This document shows positions 32,670-40,083 of a stretch of 41,551 nucleotides of DNA, one piece after another. Origin of the DNA: a virus. Numbering within the stretch: position 1 is the stretch's first letter; every line of letters starts with the position of its first letter. The notes beneath the pieces were generated by a model, which did no database searches, was not told the origin of the DNA, and saw only the letters and a program-made list of their open reading frames with translations. The stretch lies in IMG/VR virus record IMGVR_UViG_3300045988_025400. One strand, given 5' to 3'. The position numbers were made by a program, and so were the translations under genes.

Positions 32670-32796
32670 GCGCGATCAGCGTATCAAGTTTGTCTGTAAT
32701 CCCTTTTAGGCCAAACACAACATCGTTGATCTGGCCTTTCATGATAATGCTGTTTTCAGCCAGCCTATCAATGTAAATCTCGTAGTCTTTGCTCAT
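32602..32796 (-). CDS. hypothetical small protein (64 aa), AT-rich
   Basis: ORF from the track. ATG overlaps the stop of 32793..32960. Its 3' end overlaps the convergent plus-strand gene by 68 nt. Confidence 0.4.
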   Translation of the reverse strand: MSKDYEIYIDRLAENSIIMKGQINDVVFGLKGITDKLDTLIALKQVELSLLQQQRLPQQPKEQL

Positions 32797-32960
32797 AGCA
32801 CACCTCTTTCTTTTAACGTACTCATAATATCAGCGCAGTCCTCATCGGAAAGCTGGTCGATTTTTCTAAGGGCTATTCTCCGCAACGTTTCAATATCACA
32901 TTGCGCCAATGCATCTGTTTTTATTATACCCCAGGCGTTGGCATTTGTGCAAGAACTCAT
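32793..32960 (-). CDS. hypothetical small protein (55 aa), AT-rich
   Basis: MSSCTNANAWGIIKTDALAQCDIETLRRIALRKIDQLSDEDCADIMSTLKERGVL. GGGGAGAGAA RBS. Below the track cutoff. Confidence 0.4.
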   Translation of the reverse strand: MSSCTNANAWGIIKTDALAQCDIETLRRIALRKIDQLSDEDCADIMSTLKERGVL

Positions 32961-33090
32961 TTCTCTCCCCTTTCTTAATTTGACATATTATTTTCTCGGT
33001 GTACAACTAAGTTAGTACACTTATAGTTACGCACAAGCTGTTTGTTGCCCACAAATGGGCAACACATTGAAAATTTTTTGGGGGTCTAAA

Positions 33091-33987
33091 ATGAAAAGGC
33101 ATCGTAAACTAAAGGCTGTAGCTATTTTTGTTCTCACTTTGTTTTTTACCATTATAGCGTTGTTGCTTATTCCTTCCGCAAGTGTTCCACAAGCAGACGG
33201 AACGGCAATGCTTACTTATGGCGCGGCCGTAGCTCTTATTATTGTCCCGTCCGCGTTTACAGCACTGTTTGTGTGGCTTGATAAGCGCGTTGAAAAAGCA
33301 AGCTTGCCGCAAGAGCCTTTTATTACTGCCAATGGCGAAGCCCACGATCCGATTATACCGGATGCAATAAAAGTGGTCATGGAAACCGGGCAAGCGTCCG
33401 TTTCTATGCTGCAGCGTAAGCTCAATCTTGGGTATTCTCAAGCCTTACGATTGATCGACGAGATGGAAACGCTGGGTATTGTCGGCCCGTTCAAAGGTTC
33501 TCGGCCTCGGCAAATATTGCTTACGCGGTCACAATGCGAAGCGCTTATTCCAACGCTTAAAATTGCTCGCGCAAATTCATGTTTCGCGCCTTGTGAAGCA
33601 AGCAATCCGGAAGCAGAGCTATACAAAGTAGATGGAATGGAAGGGCACGATTTTGAGTATTGGTGTGCAGACCTTCTAAAGAAAAACGGTTTCTCCAATG
33701 TTGAAGTCACACGTGGCAGCGGAGATCAGGGCGTTGACGTCCTTGCTAAATTTGGCGATGCCAAATATGCCATTCAATGTAAGTGCTATTCTTTCGATTT
33801 AGGAAACAAGCCGGTGCAGGAAGTAAATGCTGGAAAAGCATTTTACCGTTGTCATATTGGGGTTGTAATGACAAATAGGTATTTTACAGCAGGCGCGAAA
33901 GAAATTGCGGAAGCAACCGGCGTTTTGCTGTGGGATAGGGATACGCTTAAGCGCTTGATTAAAAATGGGGGGCGTAATGATGATTAA
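33091..33987 (+). CDS. membrane-anchored FtsK-gamma winged-helix / Mrr-type (PD-(D/E)xK) restriction endonuclease fusion
   Basis: Two TM helices (AVAIFVLTLFFTIIALLLIP and AAVALIIVPSAFTALFVWL). FtsK-gamma pattern ASVSMLQRKLNLGYSQALRLIDEMETLGIVGPFKGSRPRQIL. Mrr_cat pattern GHDFEYWCADLLKKNGF..GSGDQGVDVLA..YAIQCKCY. Start is ATG 33091 (GGGGG RBS) rather than 33055. Confidence 0.85.
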   Translation: MKRHRKLKAVAIFVLTLFFTIIALLLIPSASVPQADGTAMLTYGAAVALIIVPSAFTALFVWLDKRVEKASLPQEPFITANGEAHDPIIPDAIKVVMETGQASVSMLQRKLNLGYSQALRLIDEMETLGIVGPFKGSRPRQILLTRSQCEALIPTLKIARANSCFAPCEASNPEAELYKVDGMEGHDFEYWCADLLKKNGFSNVEVTRGSGDQGVDVLAKFGDAKYAIQCKCYSFDLGNKPVQEVNAGKAFYRCHIGVVMTNRYFTAGAKEIAEATGVLLWDRDTLKRLIKNGGRNDD

Positions 33988-33995
33988 AGTAAGCA

Positions 33996-34034
33996 AATAG
34001 CCCCGCTGCTCCCGCAACGGACAGCGGGGCTATT
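33996..34034 (+). terminator. strong hairpin after the nuclease gene (terminator candidate without a U-tract)
   Basis: 13-bp perfect stem aatagccccgctg / cagcggggctatt with a 13-nt loop. No T-run follows. Confidence 0.35.
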
Positions 34035-34089
34035 CTCGCCGGTGGCCTCCCGGCTTTCCGGCTGCACGTTCACACTAACAAATTAGGGT

Positions 34090-34118
34090 TTGGCAGGGCA
34101 ATACCAAATTCGGATAAT
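34090..34118 (+). promoter_or_regulatory. promoter candidate for the XRE-TM / integrase operon
   Basis: TTGGCA, 17-nt spacer, GATAAT, about 60 nt upstream of ATG 34180. Confidence 0.4.
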
Positions 34119-34179
34119 TACCGTTTGCGGCAAAACAGAATTGGGATTCTCCTGCCCGAAAAAGGAGTAAAAGGGGAAA

Positions 34180-34791
34180 ATGGTAAAAACATTGCAGGAT
34201 TTGTGCAGGGATGCAAAAGACCGACAGAATTTAACTATACAAGATTTGTCCGACATGACGGACATTTCAGCATCAACCATAAGCAATTTTTTCTCCGCAT
34301 CATCAAAGGAGCCGAGCGTATACAAAATGGGTTTAATTTGTGCCGCGCTTGGCGTTTCAATAGATGAATATTTCGGGATTGAAAAAGAAGTGACAACGGA
34401 AGATCAATTGACGAAAGCCAATGAACAGTTGAAGCACCAAAAGCAGCTGCATGATGCCGATGTGCAAATAGCCCATCTTGAGGGAAGCATGGAGCAGATG
34501 GCAAAAACCATTAACTACCACCGCAAGAAATCGCGGGACACAAAATTTGCTATTTATGGCCTTACGTTTTTGTGCGCCATATTTATGGCTGTTATCGTGG
34601 GCTATATCTTTTTTGACTACCGTATCCCCCACCAGGGGCTTATTCAGGGCGGAGAGGCCAGCATATTCGCATGGATCGTCTTTTTGCTGCTTGCAGTCGG
34701 TATTGGCTTTTTTGCCGCTATTTTGATGATGTATTTTCGCTATGCAAAAAAGTATACATTGTCGCCAGATAAGGGAGGAGATAAACAATGA
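34180..34791 (+). CDS. membrane-anchored XRE-family HTH protein
   Basis: N-terminal HTH (LTIQDLSDMTDISASTISNFFS), a coiled-coil linker, and two C-terminal TM helices (FAIYGLTFLCAIFMAVIVGYIFF and IFAWIVFLLLAVGIGFFAAILMMYF). Its stop overlaps the integrase ATG. Confidence 0.8.
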   Translation: MVKTLQDLCRDAKDRQNLTIQDLSDMTDISASTISNFFSASSKEPSVYKMGLICAALGVSIDEYFGIEKEVTTEDQLTKANEQLKHQKQLHDADVQIAHLEGSMEQMAKTINYHRKKSRDTKFAIYGLTFLCAIFMAVIVGYIFFDYRIPHQGLIQGGEASIFAWIVFLLLAVGIGFFAAILMMYFRYAKKYTLSPDKGGDKQ

Positions 34792-36110
34792 GTGTAGTAT
34801 TGCGGGCAGCATTATACCCGCGTGTGTCCACAGAAGAGCAGAAAAAGTTTGGCTTGTCTATTCACGATCAGCAGAACGACCTCGAAAAATACGCCAAAGC
34901 CCACAATATGAAGGTGGTAGGCGTTTTCCAGGATGCCGGGTTTTCCGCCAGAAAGAAGATTGAAAAGCGTCCCGCCATGCTTCAACTGCTGGAAGCCGTA
35001 AAGCATGATGAGGTAGACATTATTCTTGTCACAAAGCTGGACAGGTGGTTTCGTAACATCGGTGAATATTACAAGGTGCAGGAAATTCTTGAAGCCCACA
35101 ACGTGTCGTGGAAAACGATTTATGAGGACTATGACACGTCTACAGCCGCAGGCCGGTTGAAGATCAACATCATGCTTGCCGTAGCACAGGACGAAGCTGA
35201 CCGCGCCAGTGAACGCATAAAAAAAGTGCTTGATGCAAAAAAAGATCGAAATGAGGTTTGCACCGGTCATCTGCCAAAAGGCTACAAAATCGAAGGAAAA
35301 TTTGCTGTTATAGACAAAGAAGCGGAGCCGGTTATACGGAGATATTTTTCTACATTTTTGGAAACCGGCTCCATAACAAAAGCGATGGACGCAGTACCGG
35401 AATTAAAACTTAAATACCAAACGGCCAGCCAAATGTTGGACAACACAGGATACATGGGAGACTGGCACGGGATAAAATTACCCCCGTATTTAACACCGCA
35501 GGAATTTCAGCGTGTGCAAGACTTACGCACGAGGGTGACGCGAAAATCCCCTTACAATCGAACGTATATTTTCTCGGGGGTAATAGTCTGCGGGGAATGC
35601 GGACGCAGAATGACAGGGCATCCGTCTCCACGCCCAAGCGGGGCGTGCTCTTACTCTTACTATTGTCAAGGGTCTGCCCAGAGAAAAGGATGCAACAACG
35701 GTAATTTTACTGTCGAATGGAAAATCGAAGATTATCTCTTGTCGACAATAGACGAGCAGATACAGATCAAATTGCAAGCCAAGCCGCGGCAAGAACCCAA
35801 AGTAAACCAAGATGTGCAATTAAAGACTTTACAAAAAAAACTATCCAAGTTGTCAGAGTTATATATAGACGACATGATTTCAAAGTCGGACTACTCAAAA
35901 AAGTATGCAGAACTGACATCACAAATGGATGAGATTACACAAGTAAAATCACAAAGCCGCGCACCAGAAGAAATTGCAACCTTATTTTCCGCAGGATGGC
36001 AAGAAATATACAAACAACTTAACAAAGAAAATAAACAAGCATTTTGGAAACTCAAAATAAAAGAAATCCGGCTATACAAAGACCGCCGGATTGAATTTGA
36101 TTTTCTGTAA
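34788..36110 (+). CDS. int: large serine recombinase (phage integrase)
   Basis: Resolvase catalytic domain AALYPRVSTEEQ...DRWFRN, a recombinase domain, a zinc ribbon CGECGRRM...C, and a C-terminal coiled coil. Confidence 0.92.
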   Translation: MSVVLRAALYPRVSTEEQKKFGLSIHDQQNDLEKYAKAHNMKVVGVFQDAGFSARKKIEKRPAMLQLLEAVKHDEVDIILVTKLDRWFRNIGEYYKVQEILEAHNVSWKTIYEDYDTSTAAGRLKINIMLAVAQDEADRASERIKKVLDAKKDRNEVCTGHLPKGYKIEGKFAVIDKEAEPVIRRYFSTFLETGSITKAMDAVPELKLKYQTASQMLDNTGYMGDWHGIKLPPYLTPQEFQRVQDLRTRVTRKSPYNRTYIFSGVIVCGECGRRMTGHPSPRPSGACSYSYYCQGSAQRKGCNNGNFTVEWKIEDYLLSTIDEQIQIKLQAKPRQEPKVNQDVQLKTLQKKLSKLSELYIDDMISKSDYSKKYAELTSQMDEITQVKSQSRAPEEIATLFSAGWQEIYKQLNKENKQAFWKLKIKEIRLYKDRRIEFDFL

Positions 36111-36154
36111 GTACTTAGTTTATATAACCCGTTAGGTTACACAAAACTAAGTAC
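36111..36154. other. candidate attP for the serine integrase
   Basis: Starts immediately after the int stop. 11-bp perfect inverted arms GTACTTAGTTT (36111-36121) and AAACTAAGTAC (36144-36154), enclosing the nested repeat TAACC-cgtta-GGTTA. Confidence 0.5.
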
Positions 36155-36160
36155 ACAAGA

Positions 36161-36195
36161 GTATCCCCCGCCAAAACAGGCGGGGGATACTTTAT
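36161..36195. terminator. bidirectional intrinsic terminator between int and the minus-strand cargo block
   Basis: 12-bp stem GTATCCCCCGCC-aaaaca-GGCGGGGGATAC followed by TTTAT. A-rich on the other side. Confidence 0.7.
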
Positions 36196-36506
36196 CCTCG
36201 CATCTTTCGCATCACGTTATCATACATTCGCGCATTGGTTACTTTCAGCGCATCCATCAACTCGTCCACTATGGCCCACGCCTGTTCCGGCGCGCGGGAT
36301 GATACCGCTTGCATAAAGTCACTGTCACCGTCCACCACATCAGGAGCTGGTGCGCTGGAATACATAGCCACCGGGGCAGGGTTTCTCTGCCCTTCGTGCT
36401 GGTTTTGTATAATGTACAGCGCGGCCAACTTCTCGTAGTTCGGCCAGCTTGACTGTTCCGTTTCCAGTCTGGCTATCCAGGCTTTAAGTTCCTTTTCGTC
36501 GATCAA
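36192..36506 (-). CDS. hypothetical protein (104 aa), last gene of the cargo block
   Basis: ORF from the track with plausible composition. Confidence 0.6.
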   Translation of the reverse strand: MIDEKELKAWIARLETEQSSWPNYEKLAALYIIQNQHEGQRNPAPVAMYSSAPAPDVVDGDSDFMQAVSSRAPEQAWAIVDELMDALKVTNARMYDNVMRKMRG

Positions 36507-36522
36507 GGGGAATTACCCCCTT

Positions 36523-36939
36523 TCAGCCCTCCACGGCATCCATACACCGCTGAATGGCGTTGCGGATAGTATCATCATCCGCATTGTCCAGCATCTCTTG
36601 CAGCTGGCGCTTCATGTCATCCTTTGCGCCATCACGGCTGTAATGGCCGCGCACATAATGGGTGCCGCGCCGTGCGTAAGAGCTGCCGCCGCCGTAGCTG
36701 TCGCGGGAATATCCGCGCTGGGAATGATCGCCGTCACGAGAATAGCGCCGCTGCGAGTAATCGCCGTCGCGGCTGTATCCTTCGCCCTCCATCATCTCGA
36801 TTTTGTCGATGTTCTTGATGGTGCTTACCAGCTTATGCGCGATGTCCAGATCCCCGGCGCCCAGTTCTCCTTTGTGGGCGATCTCGTCAAGCTCCTTGCA
36901 AAGCATATCGCGCAAATCGTACATTGCTTTCATACTCAT
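36523..36939 (-). CDS. hypothetical protein with YSRDG/RGG-type low-complexity repeats
   Basis: Start ATG 36939 after GAGAGGAGAA. The central region GYSRDGDYSQRRYSRDGDHSQRGYSRDSYGGGSSYARRG is flanked by helical ends. Confidence 0.6.
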   Translation of the reverse strand: MSMKAMYDLRDMLCKELDEIAHKGELGAGDLDIAHKLVSTIKNIDKIEMMEGEGYSRDGDYSQRRYSRDGDHSQRGYSRDSYGGGSSYARRGTHYVRGHYSRDGAKDDMKRQLQEMLDNADDDTIRNAIQRCMDAVEG

Positions 36940-36952
36940 GTTAATTCTCCTC

Positions 36953-37375
36953 TCACGCAATTCTCTCAACGGTCAGATTGCTGTTGGCAAAGTTGACCGC
37001 CTGCGTACTGGTGTTCTTCATGGCGACCGTCAGGCAGCAGCCCTTTGGTACGCACACCTGCGCGGAAACGTAGATATTGAAATAGTTTTCCACGGCAGCA
37101 GGCGTCACCGTCGCTGTGGCGCTGGTCAGCGCCTCGCCGTTGACGGCCAGCGCAGCGGTGATGGCTCCCACGGCGCCGCCGGTGGGAATGGCGATGTTGC
37201 CGCCGTAAGTGACTTTGTACAGCGCTCTGCACTGGTTCGTCAGCCCGCGCAGCGTCACCACCCCGGCACCCTCACGGTGTACGATGCACGGCTTGCTGTT
37301 GACCGCAGTTTCCGTCAGGGGAACGTTCTGCCCAGCAGCAACGGTCTGAATTGCCGCAGAAGTAAATTCTGCCAT
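36953..37375 (-). CDS. beta-rich hypothetical protein (140 aa)
   Basis: Start ATG 37375 (GAAAGGAA RBS). All-beta-looking sequence with CC motifs (PKGCCLTVAMKNTS). Confidence 0.65.
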   Translation of the reverse strand: MAEFTSAAIQTVAAGQNVPLTETAVNSKPCIVHREGAGVVTLRGLTNQCRALYKVTYGGNIAIPTGGAVGAITAALAVNGEALTSATATVTPAAVENYFNIYVSAQVCVPKGCCLTVAMKNTSTQAVNFANSNLTVERIA

Positions 37376-37395
37376 TAAAATCATTCCTTTCTCAG

Positions 37396-37428
37396 TTAAA
37401 ATAAGCGGCGGAGCTATTGCCCCGCCGC
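37396..37428 (-). terminator. intrinsic terminator inside the cargo block
   Basis: Minus strand: GCGGCGG-ggcaatagct-CCGCCGC followed by TTATTTT. Confidence 0.6.
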
Positions 37429-37509
37429 GTTGGTGTCAGTATCAGCACGGGGCTGACCATCTCAGTAAGATCACCGATATGGTGACCGAGAAGCTATGCT
37501 ATGCAGTTG

Positions 37510-38295
37510 TCAGCAGCCGCAGCCCTGATTGCAGCCGCAGCCGCACCCAGTATACTGATACGGGGCCGGAACGGAAAACGAAGGAACGGGACGCGGATTG
37601 TAATACGCGAACTGTGCGCTAACATAGTTGCGCATATCAAGCGTCTGAGCAGACTGAGAGGCCGCGAGGTCAGCAGCAAAAAGACGCTGGTTCTGTTCAG
37701 CAATCTTCGCGTCCTTCGCAGCGATCTCCTGCGCAGTGAGACGCTGATCGATGCTACGGAAGCCGCAGTTCATTGCATCAATGATGTCCCGCGTCGTGTT
37801 CTGCACGGTGTTGCGAGTATCGCAAGCCTGCGTCGCCATGTCGTACCGCACCTGGGCGATAGCCGCCCGGTTCTCGCAGCAGCACTCCTGGTTCTGCATC
37901 TGCATGGCGGTGAGCTGCTGCATCAAAGCGGCCTGCTGATTGCAGCGCGCCAGTTCCGCAGCGGAGAAGCCGCTGGTCACAGCCTGCGTCACGCCGGCAA
38001 ACCCATTCAGCATACCGGTATTCATGGCGTAGAAGCCGTCACAGATGCCGTTATTCACCGCGTCCAGCTTGCGCTCGATATTGGCAAAGTCAGAGGTCAG
38101 AACATAACCGTCCATCACGCCGTTGCCGCCGCCACCGAAGCCGAAGCCGTTACCCCAGCCGCCAAACGCGGCGAAAATGAGGAACAGCACGATCCACCAC
38201 GCGCCATCTCCGCCCCAGCCGAAGCCGTTACCGTTGCCGGTGTTGGCAGGAGCCACAGGCATAGTCATCATGGGGGTGCCATCGGAAAGAGACAT
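37510..38295 (-). CDS. Gly-rich / single-TM / Cys-studded hypothetical protein
   Basis: N-terminus GNGNGFGWGGDGAWWIVLFLIFAAFGGWGNGFGFGGGGNG, a Q/A-rich helical middle with ECCCENR, and a C-terminus ending TGCGCGCNQGCGC. Confidence 0.7.
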   Translation of the reverse strand: MSLSDGTPMMTMPVAPANTGNGNGFGWGGDGAWWIVLFLIFAAFGGWGNGFGFGGGGNGVMDGYVLTSDFANIERKLDAVNNGICDGFYAMNTGMLNGFAGVTQAVTSGFSAAELARCNQQAALMQQLTAMQMQNQECCCENRAAIAQVRYDMATQACDTRNTVQNTTRDIIDAMNCGFRSIDQRLTAQEIAAKDAKIAEQNQRLFAADLAASQSAQTLDMRNYVSAQFAYYNPRPVPSFSVPAPYQYTGCGCGCNQGCGC

Positions 38296-38348
38296 AGTAT
38301 CACTCCTTTTGAAAATTTTTTATATCAAACCGTGGCCACGATTTTGAT

Positions 38349-38570
38349 TTACTTGAAAAGCCCCTGAAATTGGTTTGCCATTGACTGTATCTTGTTCAAC
38401 TGGTCTTGTGAAATCCTGCCGCTTTGCAGCATCTTCTCCACTTCCGCTTTTGGGTCGCCTTTAAAACTTGCCTTGAACTGCTTGAACTGCTGTAAAAGCT
38501 GGGGAAAGTTGTTCATCGGCATCTGTCCGCCACCTAACGCATTGAAAAACGGATTGTTACTCATCGTCAT
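38349..38570 (-). CDS. small Q/N/F-rich hypothetical protein
   Basis: 73-aa ORF. It overlaps the upstream gene's end by 14 nt. Confidence 0.5.
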   Translation of the reverse strand: MTMSNNPFFNALGGGQMPMNNFPQLLQQFKQFKASFKGDPKAEVEKMLQSGRISQDQLNKIQSMANQFQGLFK

Positions 38571-38997
38571 CTTCCTCCTCCACTTTGCGCTTCTTCTTGC
38601 CCTTCATTTCGCCCACAAGCGCCGCCAGCGCGTCAAACTCCTTACGGGTCACATATTCCGGGGCGGGAGCTTTCTGCGCGTCAGGAGCGCTTGCAAGGCG
38701 TTCTACAAGGTCATACGTCTTGAGGGTCGGCTTGCCGCTTGCGTCGGCCTGTTTTAGGTACACAACGGGAGCCGTGCTGTCCCACAGCGCAATGGCGGAG
38801 TTGGGAGCAATCAGCCAATTCTCCGCCTCCGGCCTACCAGCCACCCACTGTACGCCGCCCTGCGGCACCGGGTTCTGCATGGGTGGCATTTGCGGCATCT
38901 GCGGCGGCATGGTCTGCATCTGCTGCTGCCGAAGCTGGGCAAGGTTGTCCTGCATTGGCTGCGGGTAATAAGGGTTGAAATACGGGTTAAATGCCAT
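38557..38997 (-). CDS. hypothetical protein with P/Q/M-rich N-terminus and acidic/basic tail
   Basis: MAFNPYFNPYYPQPMQ...QMPQMPPMQNPVPQ, then a globular segment, then KGKKKRKVEEEDDDE. Confidence 0.6.
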   Translation of the reverse strand: MAFNPYFNPYYPQPMQDNLAQLRQQQMQTMPPQMPQMPPMQNPVPQGGVQWVAGRPEAENWLIAPNSAIALWDSTAPVVYLKQADASGKPTLKTYDLVERLASAPDAQKAPAPEYVTRKEFDALAALVGEMKGKKKRKVEEEDDDE

Positions 38998-38999
38998 AG

Positions 39000-39383
39000 T
39001 TACGCCTCACTTTCTTTTTGCCAGTAATACAAAACAATTTCGTTTTCGCTGTTCCAGCTGTCGTAGATCACGCCGTCCTGCACACACACGACGTGCCCGG
39101 ATAGCGCAAGGACAAATGTCCCTTCCGGGTGCTCGTCGGCGAACTTACCAACCGTGTAGCAATCTGGGCACGTGTCCGGCACAATGTACCTCCGGTAGCC
39201 TATACGCCGAAGATACGCGCCCCACACAGCGTTAGCCGACGGCATATCCCCTTCCAAATACCCCTGCACCGCCATAGCAAGATACGTTTCGCCCCACTCT
39301 TTCCCGGTGGCTTTTGAAATAGCCCGAACGGTGCAGTCTCCCACGTTTTTCCCGTGGGGGTTTTCGTTGAAGTAGCTATACAT
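39000..39383 (-). CDS. hypothetical protein, possible Cys/His (papain-like) fold
   Basis: 127 aa with GKNVGDCTVRAIS near the N-terminus and LSGHVVCVQDGVIYDSWN near the C-terminus. The fold assignment is speculative. Confidence 0.6.
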   Translation of the reverse strand: MYSYFNENPHGKNVGDCTVRAISKATGKEWGETYLAMAVQGYLEGDMPSANAVWGAYLRRIGYRRYIVPDTCPDCYTVGKFADEHPEGTFVLALSGHVVCVQDGVIYDSWNSENEIVLYYWQKESEA

Positions 39384-39507
39384 GCGCCGACACCATTTCT
39401 ATCACCTGCACATAGGCTTTTAGCCCAGGAAGATCATCTTGATACGCCCAAATGATGTCCTCTGCCATCTGCTGGGTAAATCCCAGCGACACCAGCTTTT
39501 CGGCCAT
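39376..39507 (-). CDS. small hypothetical protein (43 aa)
   Basis: ATG 39507 after GGAGGTG. The longer ORF-track version would run through a terminator hairpin. Confidence 0.45.
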   Translation of the reverse strand: MAEKLVSLGFTQQMAEDIIWAYQDDLPGLKAYVQVIEMVSAHV

Positions 39508-39540
39508 GCAAGCACCTCCGTTTCTTGCAATAAGCGTAAC

Positions 39541-39565
39541 AAAAAACTGCCCCCGCAAAGGGGCA
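39541..39565 (-). terminator. intrinsic terminator in the leader of the cargo block
   Basis: Minus strand: CTGCCCC-tttgc-GGGGCAG followed by TTTTTT. It lies about 35 nt upstream of the first cargo gene. Confidence 0.65.
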
Positions 39566-39716
39566 GTTAAAGGTCACAAAGAGGTCGTTAATTGGCGAAA
39601 TATTTACTTGTACAAATCCGCAATTACAATGTATAATAAATTAGCCCTTCCGGAATGCCCCCCGGATGGCATCTTCCCCATTCATTTGCCCGGTTCTCCC
39701 CCTGCCGGGCGTAAAC

Positions 39717-39749
39717 AGAGAAACCGCACCGTTTAGGTGCGGTTTCTCT
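39717..39749 (-). terminator. 14-bp hairpin spanning the stop codon of the sigma-like gene
   Basis: agagaaaccgcacc-gttta-ggtgcggtttctct, with weak U-tracts on both strands. Confidence 0.4.
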
Positions 39750-39975
39750 CTTCGTCTGCAAACTTTTGGTACGCTCTCCGGCGGCATCGCTTTACTGTTT
39801 CTGGTGAAACATTCAGCATAAGCGCTGTCTCACAATAGCTTTTCCGTTTCACATCGCACTCAATTACGCACACCGCTTCATCTGGTGGAAGCTGTACGCT
39901 CATGATGTATGCAATCGCTCTTTTGGGGGACATCGTTTGCAATTTGCGCCGTATCTGCTTGTGGTAATTGTCCAT
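39733..39975 (-). CDS. sigma-70 region-4-like / ArpU-RinA-type small transcriptional regulator
   Basis: 80 aa with YCETALMLNVSPETVKRCRRRAYQKF (HTH of region-4 type). It follows the lysis genes. Confidence 0.65.
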   Translation of the reverse strand: MDNYHKQIRRKLQTMSPKRAIAYIMSVQLPPDEAVCVIECDVKRKSYCETALMLNVSPETVKRCRRRAYQKFADEERNRT

Positions 39976-40083
39976 AACACGGTAATAAGCCGTGAGCTTG
40001 CGGGACTTTACGCCGGGGAAAGAGACGGCTTGTCGTAGCTCTTTCCCGCCCAGCAGATTGATTTTACATTTTAATGTGTTGCC

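Noticed and set aside
33043-33090. Upstream ATG 33055 as the start of the nuclease gene
   Set aside because: That ATG lies inside a perfect 8-bp hairpin (GTTGCCCA-caaa-TGGGCAAC) with no RBS. ATG 33091 has a GGGGG RBS and begins the signal/TM region.
36700-36800. Tandem DNA repeats that could be mistaken for a CRISPR or satellite array
   Set aside because: They are in-frame codon repeats encoding the YSRDG/RGG low-complexity segment of a CDS. There is no spacer/repeat architecture.
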